Position numbers and translations under genes: made by a program. A stretch of 64,000 nucleotides of DNA from Nitrosopumilus sp. Lineage in GTDB: Archaea; Thermoproteota; Nitrososphaeria; Nitrososphaerales; Nitrosopumilaceae. The notes below the pieces were generated by a model. It did no database searches, was not told where the DNA came from, and saw only the letters and a list, made by a program, of their open reading frames with translations. The stretch is from positions 192,001 to 256,000 of the forward strand of contig OZ245003.1 of the NCBI GenBank assembly GCA_965223425.1, in the 5' to 3' direction. Positions 52,615 through 61,603 of this stretch are shown here, piece after piece (positions within the stretch are counted from its first letter, which is position 1; each line of letters begins with the position of its first letter).

Positions 52615-53759
52615 TAGTTAGCACATTAAATAATTGAACATTTTCACAGGCAGGATCTCCTTTCTGGCAAACAGCTTGCGTACTGACTGCTCCATCTCAT
52701 CTAGCGTGCCAAACACCTTTGCAGACAGTACCCGCTTTATCACCCTCCACTGCATCTCAATGGGATTAAGCTCCGGCGTGTACGGCAGCAGGTACTCCAG
52801 AACTATCTCGCCGTTGTATCTTTCCAGAAACTCTTTTACCTTTTTGGATTTGTGATATGACGCATTGTCTACAAACAGCAGCACCACCTTGCCGAATCTT
52901 TTGTGAACCCGTTCCAAAAAGTTGCAAAAGCTGTCGCTGTTTGACTTTTCATAAAACATAAAGTAAAATGCGTTTGCCGCCAAAGCTCCAAAGATGTATC
53001 TTCTTTCGCGTGACAAAACAGAGGGGGATGTGGCGCGCTTGCCGCGCCTTCTCCACCCGTAGCCGGGCCTGTTTGATGCCTTTTGAATCGAGGATGCATC
53101 GCCGGCCAGTACGGTGTATCCCTGCGCCGACTTTTCTGCAACGAGTTTTTTTGCCCGCTCCTGAAACTCTTTTTGCTTTCTTTTTGAGGCTGATCTTGGG
53201 TTTTTTGGACGCGCCTTGCTCCACGAAAAGCCCATCTCCCTGACCAGCTGCAGCGCGCCTGTCTTGCTGTACTGCACGCCGAACTTTTTCTTGATGTGCA
53301 GCCTTACCAGGTTGGAGTCCCACAGGCTGCTCTCAAAGCCGCATGATTCTGGCCCCGCATCCAGGTCTGCTGCAAGCTGTCTTGCCTGCGGCCCGCCTAT
53401 CAGGTGCTTTCGTCCCCTGCCGCTGCGCTCGAACCTTGCGCGTATTCCCTCGTCCTGTGCGCGGTTGAGCCATGCAGATATGGTGGACTTGGGCCTTCCC
53501 AGCATCCTTCCAATCCTGTCTAGCGGCACGCCGTCCTTGCGCTGCATGTACGCAAGCAGCCTGTCGCGCCTTCTGGGATCGGTCTCTTTTTTGTATGCCC
53601 TTTTGAGGTCTGCAACGCTGGTGTTTGGCAGAAATTTTGCCCCCCTTGCAACCTGTCTCTTTTTTTGTTTGTACATGCAGTGTGTGCGATATGGCCGGTC
53701 TTGGATCTTTTGGCCAAAAATAATTGTCAAAATGGTTCAGGTTTTTTATGTACTTACTA
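52615..53759 (-). mobile_element. IS630-family insertion sequence
   Basis: TA at both ends; imperfect ~33-bp TIRs (TAGTTAGCACATTAAATAATTGAACATTTTCAC vs reverse complement TAGTAAGTACATAAAAAACCTGAACCATTTTGAC); visibly higher GC than flanks. Confidence 0.9.
52618..53676 (-). CDS. IS630 transposase, single intact ORF
   Basis: HTH (STISAW), GFSWSKARP, catalytic D (AGDAS), DNASYH, LPYTPELNPIEMQW. Confidence 0.92.
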   Translation of the reverse strand: MYKQKKRQVARGAKFLPNTSVADLKRAYKKETDPRRRDRLLAYMQRKDGVPLDRIGRMLGRPKSTISAWLNRAQDEGIRARFERSGRGRKHLIGGPQARQLAADLDAGPESCGFESSLWDSNLVRLHIKKKFGVQYSKTGALQLVREMGFSWSKARPKNPRSASKRKQKEFQERAKKLVAEKSAQGYTVLAGDASSIQKASNRPGYGWRRRGKRATSPSVLSRERRYIFGALAANAFYFMFYEKSNSDSFCNFLERVHKRFGKVVLLFVDNASYHKSKKVKEFLERYNGEIVLEYLLPYTPELNPIEMQWRVIKRVLSAKVFGTLDEMEQSVRKLFARKEILPVKMFNYLMC

Positions 53760-53862
53760 TGTTGGTGTGTTTGCCCATCTTTTCCGTACAAGTCAAGATG
53801 GGTGAATATGCCTTGTATTTGGATCTGCTTGATAGCGTTTTGTTCTTAAAATGATCAATGGC

Positions 53863-53949
53863 CTATCCAAAATGTATAATCCCAACTACTAGACAAGGAT
53901 AAAATTTATTATGAGAAACTAAATATTCATACTTGAACACAGTAGACAT
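53863..53949 (-). pseudogene. truncated ORF, possibly the N-terminus of a retropepsin-like partner of the DUF5678 gene
   Basis: MSTVFKYEYLVSHNKFYPCLVVGIIHFG*, starting 8 nt after the DUF5678 stop; no DTG/DSG motif reached. Confidence 0.35.
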
Positions 53950-53957
53950 TTTTGTAA

Positions 53958-54176
53958 TCACAACAACATAGAATCTTGTGTAGGAACTTGAAACATAAAT
54001 GGGATTTTATTTGGGTGTTGTTCTCTAGCTTTTTTAATTATAGAATCTGCACGAGTACCAATACCAAAAATTTTACCATCAATTATCACTATCCATTTAC
54101 CACAGTGTTTCTTATCAATTTTTAAATTAAAATCACACTCGGCAAAAGTAGAACTCGACTTAGATTTTTTCTTCAT
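53958..54176 (-). CDS. DUF5678-like small protein
   Basis: KKHCGKWIVIIDGKIFGIG...AREQHPNKIPFMFQVP pattern. Confidence 0.7.
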   Translation of the reverse strand: MKKKSKSSSTFAECDFNLKIDKKHCGKWIVIIDGKIFGIGTRADSIIKKAREQHPNKIPFMFQVPTQDSMLL

Positions 54177-54233
54177 GTTTGTCTATTTAATAATTTGGAT
54201 TCAAAGATCGCCACATTTGAAATAGTTGACAAA

Positions 54234-54374
54234 TTACACACTATCGATCCACAAGACCATAGCCTCCTCTAAAGCCTTTGTAATATTGCCTTTTTTCATA
54301 CCTTTCTTTTTAGCCACAGTTTTTCTAAATTTTTCATCTAATTTATCATTTACATTTAGATTGTATTTTCCCAT
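54234..54374 (-). CDS. 46-aa ribbon-helix-helix DNA-binding protein
   Basis: MGKYNLNVNDKLDEKFRKTVAKKKGMKKGNITKALEEAMVLWIDSV (beta strand plus two helices). Confidence 0.7.
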   Translation of the reverse strand: MGKYNLNVNDKLDEKFRKTVAKKKGMKKGNITKALEEAMVLWIDSV

Positions 54375-54418
54375 AATAGTTATCTACATATCTACTATTT
54401 ATAGATATGACCACATAT

Positions 54419-54790
54419 CAGTCTTCCCAGAAGTACCTCACGGCAGCACCGGTGGCAGTGGTTCTGGCAGCATTTTGCAATCAAAGACATGATACAATAA
54501 CAGCACGTCCCTGAGATCCTGCCGGGTGATCAGTGGATCCTTTGCGTAAATTCCGGTCATGTGCATCAGCACCGCGTTTGCCATGACCCATGCGTTAAAG
54601 ACAGATACGTAATACAAAAAGTACAGCAGCATTACATCCGGACTCTTGCTGTGGGTCTTGGCTCTTGTGTTCTCTATCATGCGGTATCCTGTCTCTATGC
54701 GCGGCAATTGGCCACTATGCACTGTATTGTGATGTATCGCTCAAGGCGTACGTCCCGTCCTTGGCCTTGGAACGCACCAGATCTGCCCAT
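54419..54790 (-). mobile_element. ISH3-family (IS4-like) element remnant: 3' end plus one TIR
   Basis: RIETGYRMIENTRAKTHSK...FNAWVMAN transposase C-terminus; terminal CAGTCTTCCCAGAAGTAC at 54419-54436. Confidence 0.78.
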
Positions 54791-54795
54791 CACAA

Positions 54796-56703
54796 TTAGA
54801 TACTAGCTAATTTTTTCTTGATATTTTTTAAAAGAATTTTGTTAATTATCTCTCCAGAAGCTTTTCCTCTCAATTCCTTCATGACAATTCCCATAAGTGG
54901 ACCAACAGCTCTTTCTTTTTGATTGTTGATAATATCCTGATTTTTTTCTACTATTTTTTCAATAATGCCCTCCAACTCTGCTTCATCAACAGCCTCAATT
55001 GAAGCATTTTTCATAGCTTCTTCAACAGACTCTGATTTTCCCGCCATGATGCTTTCAAAAATCATCTCAATTGACTCTTTAGCAATTTTTCCTGTTTCTA
55101 ATAATTGAAATGCTTTACCAATCTCCTCATTTCTCAACAAGTCAGAATTTAGTCCACTTCTTTCTAAATTGGTAATTGAAGAGCAAAGAATTGACGCAAC
55201 AAATGTAGGATTAACCTTGGTATTCCCAACTATCTTCTCAAATAATTCGATATACCGTGAATCAAAAATCTGCTCTGAAAGTTGAGGATTAATTTCATAT
55301 TTTGTTTGTAATTCTTTAATGGATTCATCCCATGATTTTGGTATATTTTTTTCCGCCTCTTCTAATTCTTTTTTTACGATTACGATTGGGGGAATGTCTG
55401 TTTCAGGATACATTCTTGCAGCACCAGGTCTAGGTCGCAGGAATTTTGTTTCACCTGTCTGAGTAGCCAGCCGCGTATCTGTTGGAATGCCTTTGTCTTT
55501 AATCTGACGCATTCTTGACAAAATTTGATCAATTACAACGTCTGCTTTCTCAGATGGCGTTGCTAGTAACAAAAATGCATCATTATCATTGATACTGTAG
55601 CTTCTTCTCAAACCATCTACGTTCTTTTGTTGAATTCCATAAGCTGGTAATTCATCAGAATGAAAAACTCCTCCTAAACCAAAAAACCTAACTAATTCAG
55701 CAATGTCCTTGCCTAATCTTATGCCTGGCACCCATTCCTTACCAAACATTCCATTCAAATTTTTAAAAATTATTAAATCAATTTCATGTTTTTCTTCTAT
55801 CGATTTTTTGATAATTTTTGAATCCCATGTTTTAACCGTATCTGTAACATCAATTTTTTCATTTTGATCCTCAACAAATTTTTTATTTTTCAGCTCTTTA
55901 GAAATCTGTAATAATCCATACTGTCTTTTGGCCTCATATTCTACAACTTTTTCTAATTGTTCTAATTGTTGTACTCCCTTTACCTCGATTACCACTCCTC
56001 CTCCTTCTTTGATTGATACGTTAACATCTTGTCGGATCGAGCCCAAACCCCGCTTCACTCTTTTAGTACTTCTCAAAATTCTTCCTAAAGACAACGCAAT
56101 TTTTTTAATTTGTTTTGGGCTTACTTCAAAAGGCTCTGTTGCAATTTCAACCAAAGGAATTCCCAAACGCTCTAAACCGTATTTCCTTACTGGACCTTCG
56201 TCTCCTAAAATTTTTGCAGCATCTTCTTCAAGACAAATTGATTGAATTCCTATTTTTTGCCCTTCCACCTCATAGAATCCCCCCTGTGACACTAACATGG
56301 TGCGTTGAAATCCTGTAGTATTAGAGCCATCCACAACTGTTTTTCTCATGGGATAAATTTCGCTAAAAATATTTGATTTTAACGCAGACGCTATAACTAA
56401 TGAAATTTTTTTTGCTTCATCATCTAATTCATGAGGTGGTTCTTCATCGTATTCTACTAGACAGCTGCTTTGTGGATTGGCATAATACATTATTGCTTTT
56501 GATTTAGATTTTTCAAAAAGTGCAGCAGGATCAAATTCCCCCAACTCACTTTTTGACGCTCTTAATTTTCTCTGAAATTTTGTGAAATATTCATCTGATT
56601 CTGTTGGTGTGCAGTTACAAAACAATTTTTTATTGGTTGCAAGTTGTTGGTGAATTTCTAACCCAACTTTTAATCCAACATCATTTATGGAAAATTCTGA
56701 CAT
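54796..56703 (-). CDS. gatE: Glu-tRNA(Gln) amidotransferase subunit E
   Basis: KVGLEIHQQL, DGSNTTGFQRT, GLGSIRQDVN, RPRPGAARMYPETD. Confidence 0.96.
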   Translation of the reverse strand: MSEFSINDVGLKVGLEIHQQLATNKKLFCNCTPTESDEYFTKFQRKLRASKSELGEFDPAALFEKSKSKAIMYYANPQSSCLVEYDEEPPHELDDEAKKISLVIASALKSNIFSEIYPMRKTVVDGSNTTGFQRTMLVSQGGFYEVEGQKIGIQSICLEEDAAKILGDEGPVRKYGLERLGIPLVEIATEPFEVSPKQIKKIALSLGRILRSTKRVKRGLGSIRQDVNVSIKEGGGVVIEVKGVQQLEQLEKVVEYEAKRQYGLLQISKELKNKKFVEDQNEKIDVTDTVKTWDSKIIKKSIEEKHEIDLIIFKNLNGMFGKEWVPGIRLGKDIAELVRFFGLGGVFHSDELPAYGIQQKNVDGLRRSYSINDNDAFLLLATPSEKADVVIDQILSRMRQIKDKGIPTDTRLATQTGETKFLRPRPGAARMYPETDIPPIVIVKKELEEAEKNIPKSWDESIKELQTKYEINPQLSEQIFDSRYIELFEKIVGNTKVNPTFVASILCSSITNLERSGLNSDLLRNEEIGKAFQLLETGKIAKESIEMIFESIMAGKSESVEEAMKNASIEAVDEAELEGIIEKIVEKNQDIINNQKERAVGPLMGIVMKELRGKASGEIINKILLKNIKKKLASI

Positions 56704-56716
56704 CTTTTTCTCTCTT

Positions 56717-58006
56717 TTATCCTGATAATTCCGATGAGATGTTTTCAAGCATAATTTTCTTTATTTCATCTAGTTTCTCAAAGTTTCCCATTGCCCACAT
56801 CATTTTTACTAATGCCACTTCTGGAATCATGTTTTCTAATGGAATTATGCCTAAATCAAGCAAATCTCGCCCACTTTCGTATACTGTCATTCCAACTCTT
56901 CCATCTATACATTGAGATGTCATACCTAGAAAGATTCCTTTTTCATTTGCTTTTTTTACACTTTCATACATTGTATTTCCAACGTGGCCTAATCCGGTCC
57001 CCTCAAAAACTATTCCTCTGTATCCCATCTCAATAATCTGATCCAGTAACTTGGGACTGTATCCAGGATAATATTTTACCAAAGCCACATTTGTGTCTAG
57101 ATTAATTCTTGGTTGAAATTCATTTATTTTGAAAAAATCTTCAGTGATGTTTTTTTGAATTTGATTTTCTGCAATAATAAATGCTGGATTGCCTCCAATT
57201 GTCTGGAATGCGCCCCTTTTGCTTGTATGATTTTTTCTTACTCTTGTTCCAGCATGACATGCTATGGTATCATCGTTTTCATCTTGATGCATAGCAATGT
57301 AGACTCCTTTAGCGTTGATTTCTGTAATGAATTTTGTTGCACCAATTAAATTCAATGCTGCATCTGATGAAGCACGATCTGATGATCTTTGTGATCCAAC
57401 TAATACAATAGGAATTGGAAATCCTGCAAGTGCAAATGAAAGAAAAGATGATGTATAGTGCATTGTGTCTGTTCCGTGTGCGATGATTATTCCTGAATAG
57501 TCTGATTTGGAGTACTCGCTAATTTTTTCAGCAATTTGTAACCAATGTTCTGGCATTATGTTTTCAGAATATTCTGATAACAGAGCTTCTGCATCTATGT
57601 TTGCAATTTTAGCAAGTTCAGGAACAGACGAATTCAGCTCTTCTGCTGTTAATACAGGTGTAACTGCCCCTGTTCTATAATCTATTTTACTTGCAATTGT
57701 TCCTCCAGTTGACAATAGTAATATTTTCGGTAACCCTGAGACTTTTTCTACTTTTTCATTTTTTTCAATAGTTTTTTCTGCAGCTTGAGTTTTTTCAATC
57801 TTTTCTACTTTTTTAATTTCTAGGCCAACATTGTAGCCGTTATTTAGTTTCAAAACAATATGTCTATCATCGCCATGCTCATATCTTGGCATAACTATGC
57901 CTGAATAAGTAATATCAGACAGAATTTTGACAGAATCTCCAACCGAAATCTGATTTTTCTTTAGAAATTCTAGCGAGTCTCCATGATATCCTCTATATTC
58001 TGACAT
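56717..58006 (-). CDS. gatD: Glu-tRNA(Gln) amidotransferase subunit D
   Basis: STGGTIASKIDYRTG, HGTDT, SQRSSDR. Confidence 0.96.
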   Translation of the reverse strand: MSEYRGYHGDSLEFLKKNQISVGDSVKILSDITYSGIVMPRYEHGDDRHIVLKLNNGYNVGLEIKKVEKIEKTQAAEKTIEKNEKVEKVSGLPKILLLSTGGTIASKIDYRTGAVTPVLTAEELNSSVPELAKIANIDAEALLSEYSENIMPEHWLQIAEKISEYSKSDYSGIIIAHGTDTMHYTSSFLSFALAGFPIPIVLVGSQRSSDRASSDAALNLIGATKFITEINAKGVYIAMHQDENDDTIACHAGTRVRKNHTSKRGAFQTIGGNPAFIIAENQIQKNITEDFFKINEFQPRINLDTNVALVKYYPGYSPKLLDQIIEMGYRGIVFEGTGLGHVGNTMYESVKKANEKGIFLGMTSQCIDGRVGMTVYESGRDLLDLGIIPLENMIPEVALVKMMWAMGNFEKLDEIKKIMLENISSELSG

Positions 58007-58294
58007 TTACGAGGATTAGATCTGTTATTTTATTAAAACTACCTTTTAGTCGGCCAGCCCCATTTATCTAAACCATTATCACTCTCAAAATGAATATTAC
58101 ACGAGTCCTCAGGTACAATTGCCGCATAGGAAAATCTTGGATTTCCTTTAATAGTATTGGCCTATTGAGGGATTTGGTATTCCTCCAGAAATCAGGCATT
58201 ATACAATGATGAAGGCATCATGTAATGACAGTACAGGTCAGCCCGATGGGGGAATGTTTTATGAAATCTTTTGAAAAATGTGAATCTGCAAGAA

Positions 58295-58426
58295 TTAAAC
58301 AAACGGGGAATCTTCTTTCTCCATTGGCTCTATGACGGGTTTAATTTCTTGATTATACACAAGAGGTATTGTAAAAACTGCTAGAATTCCAATTATTTCA
58401 ATAATGATTAATGATCTAGTTTTCAT
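58295..58426 (-). pseudogene. truncated secreted-protein gene fragment
   Basis: MKTRSLIIIEIIGILAVFTIPLVY... signal-like start with ATGA overlap on the upstream stop; stops after 43 aa. Confidence 0.4.
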
Positions 58427-58922
58427 TTTCTTTTTCTCCAAACAACAAAACATGGGATTATTATTGCAATTGCTAGGGGAGTAATTATGGTTCCAAGGTT
58501 GTATTGAGTTAAAATATTGTAGTATTCCCTGTAGTGTTCTATTTGACCATTCTCATCTTCATGTGAATACTCACTAAAACCCGTGACTTGTTTTGTACTA
58601 CACATATCTGTTGTACCAGTTATTCCATCATCCTTGTACGTAAAGACTTGATAGATTTCACCAATCTTGTAATTTAATGCACAACTACTTCCCCCGTATT
58701 GCTTAACTACGTACTCACCACCATGAGATATTCCCTTTTGTGGAAAAGTAATATCAAAATAAACTTCTTTGTGATAGGGTTCATTTTGTATTATTTTTGT
58801 AACAGTTCCCTGAAATGCAGCTTCTGATTCCATCAAAATTTGTAAATAATCAGGATATCCATCGCAAGAACAAGCATATGCATTATGAGGAATAAATGAA
58901 ATCAATGACAAAAAACCAACAA
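58423..58922 (-). CDS. TIMP/NTR-like membrane-anchored protein, 5' end cut by MITE
   Basis: AYA-CSC, AAFQGTV, SSC...GEIYQVF, C-terminal TM + RKRK; signal peptide runs into the MITE end. Confidence 0.6.
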
Positions 58923-59062
58923 CAGTCTTCCCAGAAGTACTTCGTAGAGATTACCAAGAGGAGAAACTTTCTACTACAAAGAATCACACGCACCCAGAAT
59001 CTGTAGAATCACGAGTTACTGGTTATGGTTCAGAGGAAAACTTGGTACTTCTGGGAAGACTG
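58923..59062. mobile_element. 140-bp MITE of the ISH3-family element
   Basis: Perfect 18-bp TIRs CAGTCTTCCCAGAAGTAC / GTACTTCTGGGAAGACTG, identical to the IS end at 54419. Confidence 0.9.
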
Positions 59063-59322
59063 CAGAAAGATCTCCATACAATTTAGTTCCTGATTATATT
59101 GCGGAAAATGGAGATGGTGACCAAGAAAGCAATGCAATTAGAATTTTTTACAAACACAATCATTATTCTGAGCCAATTGAAAAAAGGTCTCATATTGTGT
59201 ATACACTTGCGGTAAATAAACCACATATGATGCGCGGCTTTGTAATTCCAGAGAAATATGATCTTGTTAAAAATTATCTCAAAGATGCATTTGACTATAT
59301 TATACCAGAAAGAGAAATTTAA
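59063..59322 (+). pseudogene. C-terminal remnant of a gene, possibly an HD-domain phosphohydrolase (YwfO-like)
   Basis: Open frame ERSPYNLVPDY...AIRIFYKH...IEKRSHIVYTL...RGFVIPEKY...* begins exactly at the MITE edge with no start codon. Confidence 0.45.
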
Positions 59323-59396
59323 TTATGAATAATATTATAACCATGTTCCTATTATTTGAAAATGTGCAAACAAATGTTCGAGGAATGTGATTAGAT

Positions 59397-59966
59397 ATGA
59401 CAATTGATAATTTAACCAAAGAAGACGTTGTACTCTCTTTGATAAAAAAGGCCACAGATTACAATGGAACAGATAGCAAGGGAATTCACGGAAAAAAGGC
59501 ATTGCAGAAAAGCCTGTATCTATTTAATCAGAAATTTGGCATATTTGGCTATAGATGGGGAGATTATGGCCCTCTATGCGGTGAAATTCAGCATATTGCA
59601 GAAGATCTAATCACACAAGGACATGTGGTAATTACTGATGTTCCTACAAAAAAACAAGAGGCAATAATTAAGAATCTTCAGACTTTAAATTTTGTATCAG
59701 ATGTAACAATTCCTGATGATGTAAATAGAGAATTAGATGAGATCGTATCCTTTGTTGCAGGCAGATCTCCTAGAGATCTAGAATTATTGGCATCTGTTCA
59801 TTTCTGGGCTGTACGTCAGCAAGAATTGATGGATGAATATTCTACGGAATATGTTTTAGAAAAATTAACAGAGCTAAAGCCTGATGCACATTTTACACAA
59901 AAGGATGTAGAATATGCAATTGATGTTTTAGAAACACATGAGTATCTAGTATCTGAAGAAAATTAA
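59397..59966 (+). CDS. YwgA/SocA(Panacea)-like winged-helix protein
   Basis: GKKALQKSLY, YRWGDYGP, DLELLASVHF motifs. Confidence 0.65.
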   Translation: MTIDNLTKEDVVLSLIKKATDYNGTDSKGIHGKKALQKSLYLFNQKFGIFGYRWGDYGPLCGEIQHIAEDLITQGHVVITDVPTKKQEAIIKNLQTLNFVSDVTIPDDVNRELDEIVSFVAGRSPRDLELLASVHFWAVRQQELMDEYSTEYVLEKLTELKPDAHFTQKDVEYAIDVLETHEYLVSEEN

Positions 59967-59995
59967 CACCCAAAGTTTTACTATTATCTGTATTT

Positions 59996-60181
59996 ATGAT
60001 AACGTATGTGGGTGGATTAGGAAAATGTCTCTGTTGCAAAGAATGGGTAAATCTTACAGAACATCATGACAAGGAATTAAATGTCAAGGTAATGGTTTGC
60101 AGAGACTGTCATGACATTATTGAGGAATACATCAAAGTTCAAGTAATATGTGACAAAAAAACAAAAAGAAAACGATCATGA
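59996..60181 (+). CDS. 61-aa HNH-like zinc-binding microprotein
   Basis: CLCC-x8-HH-x10-CRDCH spacing. Confidence 0.55.
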   Translation: MITYVGGLGKCLCCKEWVNLTEHHDKELNVKVMVCRDCHDIIEEYIKVQVICDKKTKRKRS

Positions 60182-60313
60182 AAAGATCTATTGCATGTGT
60201 AAATTTTTCAATTTATTCATAATTTTGTAGATCTATGAAAAATTTTGTATTGACTATTTGTTAAGCTTCAATGAATTTCCGTTGTTATATCAGACATTAT
60301 GCATAATTGACCA

Positions 60314-60418
60314 GTCAAATTTTTTTTCTACAGCGCAAGCCATCGGGATTTTCTCTCCCTCTCCTATCAACCCCTCTGTAAATGACGTCAAATTTTTTTT
60401 TCTACAGCGCAAGCCATC
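60314..60418. repeat. 31/32-bp direct repeat separated by a 42-bp unique insert
   Basis: GTCAAA(T8/T9)CTACAGCGCAAGCCATC at 60314-60344 and 60387-60418. Confidence 0.85.
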
Positions 60419-60499
60419 AAGATACAAAGACAGGTCCAAAAAATGACCCGTCTGGCACAAAATATACGATCACTCAACAGATCCGGGAGAATTCAAGCG

Positions 60500-61469
60500 C
60501 ACATGTGCGCACCATTCCAGTGCATCATGCACCCTGTATCGTACCGTCAATAGTCAAGTGACGGCCGCTTTCTTTTCGCATCCCACAGCAAACCAAAGTT
60601 TGCAAGGCCGGTACACACAACTAGTTCCTCGCGAAACTCCTCTATCGTGCCGTCGTACGGGTCTGTCATCCTTCTCTAGCTGCTCTGATGTCTCGGCCTT
60701 TTTTACCAGACGGGCCATCCTGTCTGCAGTAAGCAGGATTCCTGCCAGCACGGAATCTGCGAACCGGAGGTACCTGCACACGGTGGACTGGTCAACATCA
60801 AACAGCACACCCAGGGCATCCTGCGTCACGTTTGAGCGCCTGCGGAACAGCGCAAGCAGCAGGACGAACCTGCGGCCAGGCAGGCAGCGGTTTCCGGGAT
60901 CCGGTGTTTCGTCCTCTGAAAAGAGCGGCGCGTCTTTGCTGTGCCTCTTTGACTCTGCCACAAAGTCGTTGCAGGTGTAGTCAAACTGGTCAAGGTCATA
61001 CGGTAATCCCTGCAAGCTTTGCGCTGTTGTGCAGTATGCCGTGGATCACCTCCCTGCTGTGCAGCAGCGACGTGTCCGTATCAGGGCGGCCTGCATCTGT
61101 AACGGCCCACAGGCTGTCCTCGCGCAGCAGCTGCTACTCGCGCAGCAGGCCAATTGTCTTCTCGCGCCTGCTGATTGCTGCGTCCTTTTGCCTGATTGCT
61201 ATGTTGTTCTGCTTGATTGCTATGTTGTTCTGCTTGATTGCTATGTTGTTCTGCTTGATTGCTGTGTTGTTCTGCTTGATTGCTGTGTTGTTCTGCTTGA
61301 TTGCTGTGTTGTTCTGCTTGATTGCTGTGTTGTTCTGCTTGATTGCTGTGTCCTTTTGCTTGATTGCTGTGTCCTTTTGCTTGATTGCTGTGTCCTTTTG
61401 CTTGATTGCTGTGTCCTTTTGCTTGAGCTCCCTTTGTAGCCTGCGTATAGTCTGTTCTGAAGATTCCAT
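60500..61469 (-). pseudogene. GC-rich IS5-like (HTH + DDE_Tnp_4-type) transposase pseudogene with N-terminal coiled-coil repeat
   Basis: TQDALGVLFDVDQSTVCRYL HTH; out-of-frame IDGT near 60545; TAG at 61134 and a frameshift near 61000. Confidence 0.75.
61171..61425 (-). repeat. 21-bp tandem repeat, about 12 copies (heptads QKDTAIK/QNNTAIK/QNNIAIK)
   Basis: TGATTGCT(G/A)TGT(CC/TG)TT(T/C)TGCT units arranged in blocks of variants. Confidence 0.95.
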
Positions 61470-61603
61470 TACCTGTTGCGGCGATCAAAATGGATCTAAA
61501 TCTTTCGGAAAAATTTTTATGATTCAATTATGCATAAAGTCTCTTGATTCTAATTCTAGGAAGCAATGAATCTTTTTTGTCTTAATAGAATAATAATTTT
61601 TAT

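Noticed and set aside
52634-53854. Multiple overlapping ORFs within IS630
   Set aside because: Expected from the higher GC of the element; no recognisable motifs
52590-54795. att-bounded island at tRNA-Leu
   Set aside because: No second copy of the tRNA-Leu 3' end was found by eye in the window
60201-60245. 10-bp inverted repeat AAATTTTTCA/TGAAAAATTT
   Set aside because: Low-complexity AT-rich sequence; plausible by chance
60832-61569. Cys-rich and hydrophobic repeat ORFs (FCLIAVL, LLDCCVV, HSNQAEQ)
   Set aside because: Other frames of the 21-bp array; only the QKDTAIK frame connects to the transposase
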